Program-made: the position numbers and the translations under genes
Part shown: positions 39,560-49,495 of the stretch, piece by piece
Position numbering within the stretch: position 1 is the first letter of the stretch
Layout of the letters: each line of letters opens with the position of its first letter
Source: Dehalococcoidia bacterium
Lineage (GTDB): Bacteria; Chloroflexota; Dehalococcoidia; SM23-28-2; RBG-16-64-32
Direction: 5' to 3'
NCBI GenBank assembly: GCA_963665775.2
Contig: CAXXTF010000002.1
Span: 32,001 to 96,000 of the forward strand
DNA length: 64,000 nt
The notes under the pieces: generated by a model
The model's database searches: none
Seen by the model: only the letters and a program-made list of their open reading frames with translations
Told to the model about the DNA's origin: nothing

Positions 39560-41071
39560 GTGAAGAACAGCGCGTGCCGCTTGAGCCTACTCGGGACAGC
39601 CCTTGTCGTCACGCTGTTGGTGCTGCTGGCAGTCGCAGTCGCCCTCCCCTCTAATGTCGCCGCTCACCCCCTGGGCAACTTCACGGTCAACCGCTACAGT
39701 CGTCTGGAAGTGTACTCAGACGTCATCCGCATACACTATGTGCTGGACATGGCCGAGATTCCCACCTTTCAAGAGATGGGCACCATCGACACGGACGGCG
39801 ACGGTCGATTAGACGAAGCGGAGCACGGGAGATACTCGGCACAGAAGGCCGAAGAGATAGCAAGCGGTCTCCATCTGGCGGTGAATGGCTCGTCGTCTGA
39901 GCTCCGTCTCCTGACCCATGGGTTGAGCTTCCCACCGGGTCAGGGCGGACTAGACACCCTCAGACTGAGTTTGGTGCTTGAGGCGCCGGCGTCCGGCCCA
40001 GAGCTGTTCGTTGAGTACCGGGACGATAATTACGCCGATCGCATCGGTTGGAAGGAGGTCGTGATCCGACCAGCCGATGGCGTGACGCTCGGGGAGTCCA
40101 TAGCATCCTCTGAGGACGTGACCGACGAGCTGCGGTCGTACCCCTCGGACCTGCTATCCAGCCCGCTGAACGTGAGTCAGGCCAGCTTCACGTTCGTTCC
40201 GGGTCGGGGCGCGACCGGCCCGCCAGTACCGCAGTCGGTCTCTGGGCCCGTCGGAGAGCCCTCCGCGAACGCCTTCACCTCGCTGATCACTGTGAAGGAG
40301 CAAACCCTGCCAGTCCTTCTGGTCGCCCTGCTCGCGGCGCTCGGCTTTGGGGCCCTGCACGCGCTGGAGCCCGGTCACGGCAAGACGCTCGTCGCCGCGT
40401 ACTTCGTCGGAGTGAAGGGCACAGCGAGACACGCCTTGCTGCTTGGTCTGACGATCGCCGTCACGCACACGGTGGGGGTCCTGGCCATCGGACTGGTGAC
40501 GCTCTACGGCTCCAAGTTCATATTGCCAGAGCAGCTCTACCCATGGCTGGGCCTCGCCTCCGGGCTGCTCGTGGTGGGTTTGGGCTTGCGTCTTCTCGCC
40601 AGCCGGCTGCCGAGCCGCAAGGCCCACGCGCATGGGCATCAGCATCACGGTCACTCACACCACCGAACGGAAGAGGAGGGGTCGCCGCTGCCTTGGAAAG
40701 GTCTGGTGGCGCTCGGCCTCGCCGACGGTCTGGTCCCCAGCCCCTCCACTTTGGTGGTCCTCCTGGCCGCCATCTCGCTGGACAGGATCGGTATCGGGTT
40801 ACTTCTGATCGTGGCCTTTAGCGCCGGACTGGCCGCGGTGCTGGCTATGGTGAGCCTGCTGCTGGTCTACGCGCGGCAGCTGCTGGAATGGCTCAACTCA
40901 AGGCGATGGCGCCTGCGTCGGAATCCCTACGTCGGGTGGCTGGTCGGGACCATGAGTCCGGAGGGACGGCTGCTTACGGCCCTTCCGGTCGGCGGAGCGC
41001 TGGTGCTGGTTGTCGTGGGACTACTTCTCACGTTAAGAGCGCTGCTGCAGCCTGGATTGCTTGCGGTCTGA
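39560..41071 (+). CDS. RcnA/NicO-like nickel-cobalt transporter with N-terminal extracellular domain
   Basis: AHPLGNFTVNRY, EF-hand-like DTDGDG, GALHALEPGHGKT, THTVGV, His-rich loop, GLVPSP. Confidence 0.9.
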   Translation: MKNSACRLSLLGTALVVTLLVLLAVAVALPSNVAAHPLGNFTVNRYSRLEVYSDVIRIHYVLDMAEIPTFQEMGTIDTDGDGRLDEAEHGRYSAQKAEEIASGLHLAVNGSSSELRLLTHGLSFPPGQGGLDTLRLSLVLEAPASGPELFVEYRDDNYADRIGWKEVVIRPADGVTLGESIASSEDVTDELRSYPSDLLSSPLNVSQASFTFVPGRGATGPPVPQSVSGPVGEPSANAFTSLITVKEQTLPVLLVALLAALGFGALHALEPGHGKTLVAAYFVGVKGTARHALLLGLTIAVTHTVGVLAIGLVTLYGSKFILPEQLYPWLGLASGLLVVGLGLRLLASRLPSRKAHAHGHQHHGHSHHRTEEEGSPLPWKGLVALGLADGLVPSPSTLVVLLAAISLDRIGIGLLLIVAFSAGLAAVLAMVSLLLVYARQLLEWLNSRRWRLRRNPYVGWLVGTMSPEGRLLTALPVGGALVLVVVGLLLTLRALLQPGLLAV

Positions 41072-41394
41072 GTCGCAGGTACTGGCCGTCTCGTGGGAGA
41101 GGTAGCCAGGCCCGTTATCCGAGAGGAGGGCCGTGCGGACCTGCAAAGGCACCTCGGCCGGACGCGATCTCGCCTGGCGAGCGTGAAGCGGCCGCACATA
41201 CCTCAAGCGTAGCAGCCAAGTCCCTTCCCGTTAGAGCAGCTGCTGTGGGTTGTCGGGGCCATACTCGACGGAGGACTTCGCTCCCAGAACGCACAAGGCG
41301 CCTCGGGTCAAAGTCTGCACGCGGCCCAGGCCAGGGCCAGCGGAGAGGTGACACTAAGTGTCGATAGGGTAGCCCGCAGCCAGCAATTCACGCT

Positions 41395-41874
41395 CTATTC
41401 CGGGGAGTCAGTCTTGGCACCGCGCCTCTTCGACTCGTGCTGAGTCTTCTCGTCTGGCTCGGTTTGCAGCGCGTCGACAGCCATTCTTAGCGATCCCGGA
41501 AGAGCGGCACGGCCTATCCTCTCTGCAGCACGCTTGATCTCCTCATCGTGCTTCCGGCCATACTGCACCGCTCGTTTAGCGGCCCTTTCCACGTTGGGCT
41601 TCGCTTGGTGTGCCAGGCGGTTGACCTCGGGCCTGATGCCGTTCGCTGCTTGCTTCACACCTTCCGCCGCCTTGCGAGCCATGCGTTGCGCCTCCGGTCG
41701 GTGCTTCTCAGCGGCGGCTCTAGCGACAGCCGCCGTCCTCTTCGCGTGCTCGGCCAGCTCGCGAACCCTCGGTTCGCTAGCCTCTGCTGCCTCCTTAGTT
41801 CGGTCCATCAGTACTTTCCAGAGTGACCCCTCTTTCGGCTTCTTGCTTTTGCGCACTGATGACTCCTCACCCAT
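41395..41874 (-). CDS. Hypothetical helical (apolipoprotein/LEA-like) protein
   Basis: Ala/Lys/Glu/Arg-rich amphipathic repeats; AAGGGGTGAG upstream of the ATG. Confidence 0.55.
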   Translation of the reverse strand: MGEESSVRKSKKPKEGSLWKVLMDRTKEAAEASEPRVRELAEHAKRTAAVARAAAEKHRPEAQRMARKAAEGVKQAANGIRPEVNRLAHQAKPNVERAAKRAVQYGRKHDEEIKRAAERIGRAALPGSLRMAVDALQTEPDEKTQHESKRRGAKTDSPE

Positions 41875-42225
41875 CGCTCACCCCTTTTGCTTGCTCCGGT
41901 ACTCTTATGATCATCATATGCGTGCGGCGAAAGTCACGCCAGGCGTCAGTCGCGTGACCAATACCCAAACCTGCGATACGCACTATGGCTTCATATCGTT
42001 TCCGCATCTCGCCGCCGCTTCGGTCGGTGCGGCCGGTTAATATACGGGGTAGCTGGTCCTCGGCCTCAACTCGGGACCGCTATTCTTAAAAGTAAAGGCT
42101 GGCCCAGGCAGACCGAAGGTTGTTACTCTTGTAGGGAGATGGGAACGTCAGGATCATCCGGGTGATGAACGGGCTGCGACGGGGTCCCGGTTCGGAACCG
42201 ATCGCCTGGAAGTGAGGAGAGCATC

Positions 42226-43023
42226 ATGGATTTGGAGCTAGGCGGGCGCGTTGCGCTTGTCACCGGAGGCAGTCGGGGGATCGGCAGGGCTATCGCCTCG
42301 GAGCTAGCCAGTGAGGGGGTTGACGTGGCGATCTGCGCTCGCGGGCAGGAAGCTCTAGAGGCTACGGCGCATGATTTGGCACGGCAGACGGGCCGAAGGG
42401 TCATCCCAATTGTAGCCGACACCGCCAGGACGGATGAGGTGGAGAGGTTAGTCGAGGCGACCGCAGCCGAATTCGGCCGGCTGGACATCCTGGTGAATAA
42501 CGCCGGAAAGCCGGGTGGATTGGCGCCAGGACCGCTGGCAACCGTCACTGATGAGGCCATGATCGAAGACCTGAACGTCAAGTTCCTAGGATACTTACGA
42601 TGCGCCCGGGCAGTTGCTCCCATCATGCAGCGCCAGGGTTGGGGCAGGATCATCAATATTGGTGGGCTTTCCGGCCGAAGTGGGGGCACGTTCAGCACCG
42701 GGACCCGGAATATCGCCATCGTTCATATGAGCAAGACCCTCTCGCAGGAGTTGGGGCCATCTGGTATCACGGTGAACGTGGTCCATCCAGGCCTCACCCG
42801 TACGGAGTACATGACAGGCATGTTCGCTGAGCGGGCGCAGCGGGACGGGACCACCGTGGAAGAGGTCGAGCGCCAGCACAGCGAAAGCAACGCCATTCGG
42901 CGTGTTGTGGATGCCCGCGAGTTGGCCTATTTAGTATGTTTTCTGGCCTCTCCCAAGTCCTCTGCCGTTACAGGGGAGGTGATTAGCGGGGGAGGCGGGG
43001 CAGACCGTGCTGTCTTTCTCTAA
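42226..43023 (+). CDS. Short-chain dehydrogenase/reductase
   Basis: VTGGSRGIG, LDILVNNAG, GRIINI, ITVNVVHPG. Confidence 0.95.
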   Translation: MDLELGGRVALVTGGSRGIGRAIASELASEGVDVAICARGQEALEATAHDLARQTGRRVIPIVADTARTDEVERLVEATAAEFGRLDILVNNAGKPGGLAPGPLATVTDEAMIEDLNVKFLGYLRCARAVAPIMQRQGWGRIINIGGLSGRSGGTFSTGTRNIAIVHMSKTLSQELGPSGITVNVVHPGLTRTEYMTGMFAERAQRDGTTVEEVERQHSESNAIRRVVDARELAYLVCFLASPKSSAVTGEVISGGGGADRAVFL

Positions 43024-43237
43024 GGCGGAACGCCTCTGACAGAGGCTGCGGCGGCGGCCAGTGAAGCATACCTTCCGCTCAGCCTTAAGTCGGGTCCGCG
43101 AACCGCCTATCGATCATTCCTAACGTTGGCTGGGCCTAAATCAGTCCCCTGTAATGCTAACATGGAGTCGGTAGCCCAGCGTGAGTCCCTGACGCACTGG
43201 GCACCTGCAACCGGTCACACTCAGAAGGAGGCTGTTT

Positions 43238-43453
43238 ATGTGTTGCGAGAAAGAATACGCGAGGCTTTTCGACGCTGGTGTATCCTTACAGCAAGCGCTC
43301 GGTGAGATGCCCCCTACATTCGTCTTGGGGTCAGGGGGACTCCAGTTACATGGCCAGATCAAAATTTTGATGGAGAAGGCGGCGGGAGCAGAGGAAACGT
43401 TTCGAGAAGCGAGGACGGCCTACGAGATAGCCTCGCGTCAACACGGCGGCTAG
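43238..43453 (+). CDS. Small hypothetical protein
   Basis: Strong AAGGAGG RBS; 71-aa helical ORF. Confidence 0.45.
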   Translation: MCCEKEYARLFDAGVSLQQALGEMPPTFVLGSGGLQLHGQIKILMEKAAGAEETFREARTAYEIASRQHGG

Positions 43454-43628
43454 GGAACGGCGATTATCCATATCGTTGGCGTTGCTGGTCGCCCAGGGCT
43501 GCTCGAATCTAGGCAGCGCCACCGTCCTCGACTGCTCCCTGGGCGCCGAGGCGTCGGGTGTGAAGCGGACCATGCGGATGTCGGATGTCTGAGGCTCTCC
43601 CCCTCTCCATGTGCGGGGAGTGGCTGCG

Positions 43629-43733
43629 GAGCCCTTCCTCATCGTTCGCGGGGAGCTGCAGCGCCGGGACGGCACCGTGAACGTCCTGGCGGCAGGAGCG
43701 GACGTGGCACCAGAGGCCCACAACTTCGGCTGA
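43629..43733 (+). pseudogene. C-terminal remnant of DNA polymerase III alpha/DnaE2 (OB-fold tail)
   Basis: EPFLIVRGELQRRDGTVNVLA...PEAHNFG* resembles the DnaE2 C-terminus. Confidence 0.55.
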
Positions 43734-43790
43734 CCGGTCCAAATATGACCACAGATTAAGTCTGCACGGTGGGTCAGCGAATCAGGAGAC

Positions 43791-44456
43791 TTACCGCTGG
43801 TAGGTTCTGGGAAGCACGTCGACAGAGTCCCCGAGCTCAATCTGAAGCGCCTGGATAACGTCATGGGTGCTTTCAGGGGAATCGACGGTTACCCAAAAGT
43901 GAGTCACTTTGCCATCAATACCGTAAATCTCTTGGGCCAAGCTAAGGGGCAGAAGGATCGAGCGCGAAAGTGAAGCTGGGGCGGTCGAGAACTCGCCCGC
44001 CACCACCAACTCGTAAGCGGTCCCGTCCAGGGCGAAGGTATCGCCCGTCGTTAAGCCGAGGGAGTCGGCGTAGAGTTCCCCCATCAACACAAAGTTCTTG
44101 TTGTCGTCTTCGCCCCCAAGTTCCCTTCCCGCTGTCAGCTCGGCTTCCATTAGGTGTACGTCGGGTTGGCCAGTCATGATCCTCATCGGCGCACCAACCT
44201 CTACACCGACGACATCGAATGTCTCCATCCTTAACCGTACGTATTTCTCGACACGAACGACGTGCTCGAAGCTCAGAATCTCCTCCGAGAGGCCTTCCAG
44301 CAGCGGCACGCCCTTTTCCAATGACTTGACGACTATGAGATCAGTCCCTTCCTCGTGGGCTGGATCGTCATGATCTGCTGGACCCGAATCATCCCCTGTA
44401 CACGCCACAAACAGGGCGATCAGCGCTGCAACAATTAGGGCCGCAATTAGGGGCAC
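43791..44456 (-). CDS. Lipoprotein with MacB-like periplasmic core domain
   Basis: Lipobox FVAC, AGREL...VLMGELYADSLGLTTGDTF, LPLSLAQEI; no permease TM helices. Confidence 0.7.
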   Translation of the reverse strand: MPLIAALIVAALIALFVACTGDDSGPADHDDPAHEEGTDLIVVKSLEKGVPLLEGLSEEILSFEHVVRVEKYVRLRMETFDVVGVEVGAPMRIMTGQPDVHLMEAELTAGRELGGEDDNKNFVLMGELYADSLGLTTGDTFALDGTAYELVVAGEFSTAPASLSRSILLPLSLAQEIYGIDGKVTHFWVTVDSPESTHDVIQALQIELGDSVDVLPRTYQR

Positions 44457-44525
44457 TGAGGCGGCGGCGGACGTCGGGCGATTTCCCTGCGACAGGTTAT
44501 CCTTTGCAGTATTTAGAGTGGGCTC

Positions 44526-45314
44526 CTACTTAACTATGAGCCGGGCTTTAAGCCCGGAGATCTCATCGAGTATTTCATAGATCCCAGAATCAGTTGGGGT
44601 GAATTCAAAAGTTGTGATCTCCCCCAAGCCAACATTAGGAGAGGCGGCAGAGTAGAACGGAAGCACAGAGATGTGGTGCTCTCCATCAGTCGCAAGGAGG
44701 TAGACTTTAACTGGAATCCCCTTCTGGACGGTTATCTCTTCTGGAACAACCCGAGGAGGATCTCCACCGTAGATCAGAGAGAAATATTGGACCCCTTGTT
44801 CGGCGCGGATTGAAGCCGCCGCCTGCTCATCCTCGACTACGAACAGCGTGGCATTGAAGCCGTGACCGACGTTGCTGATCTTGAACTCTCCGACCTGATC
44901 AGGAAGAAACTCGAAAACCGCGATCTCTCCTGGAAAGACAGTTTCCGAAGTGTTGAAAAAGGGCTCAATGGTGAACTGGTTGACGTGTTCCCTGTGAAGA
45001 CGACTGAAGTAGAGTCTAACTGGTACGTTAACTTGGAGAAAGACAATGTTAGGGAAAAAAGCGATTGCCGCATAGTTCTCCAGGAGGGCCAGCTCCTGCA
45101 GTGCCAGCCCTGATGGCGTTTCGCCCACGCCAGACGCGGGCGTCGCGGCCGTAGGCGACGATGGCCCGGCTGTACTCGATATCGGCGCGGTCGTGGGCGA
45201 GGATGTCGCTGCGGTAGGCTCGGACATTGGGGTTGTGGTTCCTCCAGCACAGGCAGCTAATAGGGCCAGGCTCACTGCCGAACAGGCGATTACGTGCCGA
45301 GTCACGCTTTCCAT
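44526..45314 (-). CDS. Lipoprotein with two cupredoxin-like domains
   Basis: Lipobox LAAC, Ser/Thr/Pro linker, PGEIAVFEFLPDQVGEF and PEEITVQKGIPVKV...FEFTPTDSGIY. Confidence 0.75.
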   Translation of the reverse strand: MESVTRHVIACSAVSLALLAACAGGTTTPMSEPTAATSSPTTAPISSTAGPSSPTAATPASGVGETPSGLALQELALLENYAAIAFFPNIVFLQVNVPVRLYFSRLHREHVNQFTIEPFFNTSETVFPGEIAVFEFLPDQVGEFKISNVGHGFNATLFVVEDEQAAASIRAEQGVQYFSLIYGGDPPRVVPEEITVQKGIPVKVYLLATDGEHHISVLPFYSAASPNVGLGEITTFEFTPTDSGIYEILDEISGLKARLIVK

Positions 45315-45576
45315 TACTTCCTCGGCAAACATACATCATGAATCGGCGGTCGAACAAGCTTCACGTTAGTGCGCGGGGGGTAGCGCGCTATCCACAGTAG
45401 GAACGGTACACCCTTACCGACCGAACACGACGTGTGGGTAGTGGCCGCTTTGAGGGCCCATCGTTCGAACCTTCTGCCTGGCAGGTAGCGCATCCAGAGG
45501 GCCAAACTGCGGGCGAGAGTAGATAGGGTCGCCGGTGCCCGCACGCGGCTCGTGCCGCTAAGGTAAGACGGATATG

Positions 45577-46602
45577 TCATGGAGCCCCTGCCACACACTG
45601 CGAGCCTAGTCCTCCCCCGAAGTGTATGCTGACAATAGGCCTGAAATCAGATGAGAAATCGCCCGCAGCTTCGCAGAAGACCGTGCCGAGCTGCTGAATC
45701 ACCCTTAGCCGCTCTGGTCTGTCCTGAGCCTCGACCGCTTGAGAGAATTCTTGGAATAGCTCCACTTGCTCGTCGAAGTATTGGAGCAGGCGGTTGTGGT
45801 CGTCACGAAACTCGTCGCTCGGGTCTAAGTCATGTATCTTATCGTGGGTTTCATCCAGAAGATTGCCCAAGTCTGGTCCGATGAGTTCGAACAAATTGTA
45901 ATAGTCCTCGGGGGCAATGAGAGCGGCGTAGCTTACCGCACCGAACAACTCTGGGTCGGCCGTATCCCGAAGAGCCTCCACCCTCGGGGCGAATTCGGCG
46001 TCGAACTGCTTCACGATACTGTGAAGCTCCTTGTCGTAAGCGCCCCCCGGGACGTCTCCATCGCCGGCACAAAAACGGCTGGTAGGATGGTCAAGGGTGA
46101 ATACCGCTTGGCAGAATGGCGCTGACACTGCCAGAGCTAACCGGGCCTGGATTAGGCCCAGTTCTGTGTTGGCGACTGTAAAGGCCCCAATATCCCCTTC
46201 TTCTGCTGCTTGGCCGACCTTTCTGTCGGCGGCTACCTCAGTGCGGATACCTTCTAACGCGACATCATGGTCGGCGCGGAATCTCTCAGGTGGGTCGAGT
46301 CGCTCAAACGCCTCCAGGACCGGGTCGAACGTCGTGCCGGCCCCCGCTTCCTTCAACGCGCCAAGGAACGCATCAGCGGAAGCGAAAGACTGGATCAGGA
46401 TTCCCCGGAACTTCTCAAAATTGGGCCCAGACTGCCGGAACGCGATACTAACTCGTCGTAGATAGTCCTGCTCGTCTGGGCTAACCGTTGCCACGACCTC
46501 AGCTGTCGGCGTAGCTTCTGACGACTCGTTGTCTCCCCCACAAGCAGCCAGCAGCGTTACTCCGAGTATGGCTGCCCCGACTGCCAGAGCCTCAACCTTC
46601 AT
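45577..46602 (-). CDS. Hypothetical lipoprotein with duplicated helical domain
   Basis: Lipobox LAAC; repeated LDPPERFRADH / LDPSDEFRDDH segments. Confidence 0.7.
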   Translation of the reverse strand: MKVEALAVGAAILGVTLLAACGGDNESSEATPTAEVVATVSPDEQDYLRRVSIAFRQSGPNFEKFRGILIQSFASADAFLGALKEAGAGTTFDPVLEAFERLDPPERFRADHDVALEGIRTEVAADRKVGQAAEEGDIGAFTVANTELGLIQARLALAVSAPFCQAVFTLDHPTSRFCAGDGDVPGGAYDKELHSIVKQFDAEFAPRVEALRDTADPELFGAVSYAALIAPEDYYNLFELIGPDLGNLLDETHDKIHDLDPSDEFRDDHNRLLQYFDEQVELFQEFSQAVEAQDRPERLRVIQQLGTVFCEAAGDFSSDFRPIVSIHFGGGLGSQCVAGAP

Positions 46603-46966
46603 GCCCAGCACGGTTGCACCTCCCCCTAGGGCCTCAATGTCGATTATACGACGCGATGAGCGATTACGGTTTTGATGGCTCGGCTGGCCGTCTCTCCACT
46701 CCCAGGCGAGATCATAGACGCCGCGCTGCTGCGCCATCATCATGTGCAAATAGAGATGGCCGTGGCGGCGACGCTCCGAGGGGCTAAACCTCCAAGCAGG
46801 GGGCATCTCGCACCCCGGCGGCCTGTTCTACACTACCGAGGGCCGGTTAGCCACGTCACCGGACGGAGGCGGAGAATTGAGAGGCGCTTGAGATACGGAA
46901 CGGACTCCAGTGGAAGCCGGTGGCCGATTCTCTGATTGGAACCGGTTCAGGAGGAGAGGATCAGGT

Positions 46967-47200
46967 TCAGAACAGTACCGCGATCCCTATTACGACTAAG
47001 ACCAGGGCAACCAGCATGGTCGCCACCAGAGCGAGTTCTACTGCCGCCAAACCCTGCTCGGAGGTCACCCGTTGGCGTGCCGACCCGGGCCGCCGATAAG
47101 CGATGCGGGCCGCGGTCGGTTCATCCCCTGGGCCCGTCCTCCGTGCCAACACGCTTTCTAATGAGGGCCGATGCCTTCCGATAACGCCTCCAGAGAGCAT
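46967..47200 (-). CDS. Flp/TadE-like prepilin (orphan)
   Basis: EQG|LAAVE followed by a hydrophobic helix (class III signal with Glu+5); start uncertain. Confidence 0.5.
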   Translation of the reverse strand: MLSGGVIGRHRPSLESVLARRTGPGDEPTAARIAYRRPGSARQRVTSEQGLAAVELALVATMLVALVLVVIGIAVLF

Positions 47201-47427
47201 ACTGACGCGCAGTATAACACTTCCCGGTGGCGTAAGGCCAGATGTGTGATGTGTCGGGAGATGTGAGATGAGCGCGGGGGTGAAGAAGAGTCGGGCCTGG
47301 GTGTAGGGTCGGCGTCCATTCGCCCTGGAACCACACTCATGGCAGGCGATAGTGGCGCGTCGCCCGCCGCCAGCCAAGGAAGTCCGGCAACACGATCCGC
47401 TAGATACGGTGAGCAGATCGATTCCTT

Positions 47428-47481
47428 AATGTACCGAACGAGTACATTCTGTTGACAGTAGAAATGCGCACGCTATAGAAT
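47428..47481 (+). promoter_or_regulatory. Sigma70-type promoter with upstream palindromic operator
   Basis: TTGACA at 47452-47457, TAGAAT at 47476-47481; AATGTAC-N7-GTACATT at 47428-47448. Confidence 0.6.
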
Positions 47482-47525
47482 CGACCCAGACGCTTTACAC
47501 CGTGACTTGCACAGGTTAGTGAGGT

Positions 47526-48212
47526 TTGTCCTTGATCGCCTGTTACCGTGATAATGCTGAAGTTTTGCCCACTCGCTGGATAACCCTGGGCCGGGCCTGC
47601 AAGCTTCTCGGCGTCAATGAGTCGACCCTAAGACGCTGGGCTGACGCCGGCCAAGTCCGCTCCTTCCGAACGCCGGGCGGACATCGTCGCTTCTCTCAAG
47701 AGGAGCTGGGGGCCCTAGTAGCCGGGCAGGGAGGAGCCAGACGGGAGCCGTATGACTCCCTCAGCGAGATGGCCCTATCCCGAATTCGTGGCCGCCTGCA
47801 GCAGGACGGAGGCCAGACTGCCTCCTGGTACTCGGGTCTCCCTGAGGAGAAGCGCGAACGGCTGCGGCTGCTGGGCCGTCGCCTCGTCGTCTTGGTCTCC
47901 GCATATCTCACCAAGGGCGCGCGGCGCACTCAGCTTGCGGAGGAAGCCAGGGAGATCGGAAATGACTACGGCCGCCAGTTGGCTGAGAGCGGATTGAGCC
48001 TGCACGACGCCTTGGAAGCCTTTTTCTTCTTCCGTAAAAGCCTTGATGAGACGGCGATGGAGGTGGCCCAAAAGAGCGAGCTCTCTACCGAAGAGGCCGT
48101 CGAGGTGTGGGAACTCCTATCCGATCTAGCCGATCAAGTGCTGCTTGCTATAGCTGAGACGTACGAAGGGGGCGCGACCTCCCCCGCTACCGCCACCACT
48201 ACACCCGCCTAG
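47526..48212 (+). CDS. MerR/excisionase-type HTH regulator with C-terminal helical (RsbRD-N-like) domain
   Basis: LGRACKLLGVNESTLRRWADAG...RTPGGHRRF; first gene of the tetrapyrrole operon. Confidence 0.82.
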   Translation: MSLIACYRDNAEVLPTRWITLGRACKLLGVNESTLRRWADAGQVRSFRTPGGHRRFSQEELGALVAGQGGARREPYDSLSEMALSRIRGRLQQDGGQTASWYSGLPEEKRERLRLLGRRLVVLVSAYLTKGARRTQLAEEAREIGNDYGRQLAESGLSLHDALEAFFFFRKSLDETAMEVAQKSELSTEEAVEVWELLSDLADQVLLAIAETYEGGATSPATATTTPA

Positions 48213-48234
48213 CTAGATATAGAAAGAGAGCCGT

Positions 48235-49494
48235 ATGTTAGGTGTAACCCGACTTCTCTGCGGGACCGCCACGCCAGGCGATGCCTTGCGCTTTGGCCGG
48301 CAGAGTGGGCAGCTCCCGCCCCATCTCCTCCACTACTCGCAGGACAAGAAGCCAGTCGTCGTCTGGAATCTCACCCGCAGCTGCAACCTGCACTGTGCCC
48401 ACTGCTACACAGACTCCTATGACAAGCACTACGAGGGCGAGCTCTCCACTGAAGAGGCGATGAAGGTCATCGACGAGCTGGCCCAGTTCGGTGTCCCCGT
48501 CATCCTCTTCTCCGGCGGCGAACCACTGCTGCGAGAGGATCTCTTCCAGCTGATCCGCTACGCCAAGGAGAATGGTATCCGCGGCGTCCTATCGACCAAC
48601 GGGACCCTGATCAGCCCGCAGGTGGCGCGCCAACTCGCCGAGTTCGGCCTCTCTTACGTAGGCGTCAGCATCGACGGCCCGGAACACGTCCACGACAAGT
48701 TCCGCGGCAAGAAGGGGGCATTCCAGCAGTCTCTGCACGGCATTCGAAACTGCCTGGCGGAAGGCATCCGGGTGGGCATTCGCATGACTCTCACCAAGTA
48801 CAACCACGAGTACATCGATGACATATTCCGCCTCCTCGAGGAGGAGGAGATTCCCCGTATCTGTTTCTACCACCTGGCCTATGCCGGTCGGGGCGAGCGC
48901 CTCCAGGAGAAGCATGGCGTCGACCTCAGCCACGAGGAGACCCGTGCTGCCGTCGACAAGATATTCGACCATGCCCGGGACTTGGACCGCCGCGGCATCA
49001 GCAAGGACATCCTCACCGTGGACAATCACACGGACGGGGTCTACCTCTACCTACGCGCCCTCCAGGAGCAGCCGGACAGGGCGGATGAGATATACCAGAT
49101 GCTGAAGTGGAACGGTGGTAATCAGTCAGGCGTCGCCGTAGCCGATATCGATTACCTGGGCAACGTCCATGCCGATCAGTTCTGGTCCACTTACACCTTC
49201 GGCAACGTGCGGGAGCGGCCCTTCGGCGAGATATGGACGGATACCTCGGACTCAGTGATGCGCACGCTGAAGGACCGGCGTGGCCAGATCACGGGCAAGT
49301 GCTCCAAGTGCCCCTACTTCGAGATCTGCAACGGCAACCTGCGCGTCCGAGCCTGGTCCTACTTCGGCGATATGTGGGCCGAGGACCCCGCCTGCTACCT
49401 CGATCACGAGGAGCTGGGCATCCCTAGAGACGAGACGACCGCTAGCCCCGATGCCCCAGAGCCGGTGCCCCTGGCGAGCATACCCTGGAGGTAG
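48235..49494 (+). CDS. ahbC: Radical SAM/SPASM Fe-coproporphyrin synthase AhbC (NirJ1-like)
   Basis: N-terminal LLCGT..GDALRFGR..LPPHLLHYSQDKKPVVVWN, CNLHCAHC, VDNHTDG, WNGGNQSG, CNGNLRVRA, DPACY. Confidence 0.9.
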   Translation: MLGVTRLLCGTATPGDALRFGRQSGQLPPHLLHYSQDKKPVVVWNLTRSCNLHCAHCYTDSYDKHYEGELSTEEAMKVIDELAQFGVPVILFSGGEPLLREDLFQLIRYAKENGIRGVLSTNGTLISPQVARQLAEFGLSYVGVSIDGPEHVHDKFRGKKGAFQQSLHGIRNCLAEGIRVGIRMTLTKYNHEYIDDIFRLLEEEEIPRICFYHLAYAGRGERLQEKHGVDLSHEETRAAVDKIFDHARDLDRRGISKDILTVDNHTDGVYLYLRALQEQPDRADEIYQMLKWNGGNQSGVAVADIDYLGNVHADQFWSTYTFGNVRERPFGEIWTDTSDSVMRTLKDRRGQITGKCSKCPYFEICNGNLRVRAWSYFGDMWAEDPACYLDHEELGIPRDETTASPDAPEPVPLASIPWR

Positions 49495-49495
49495 G

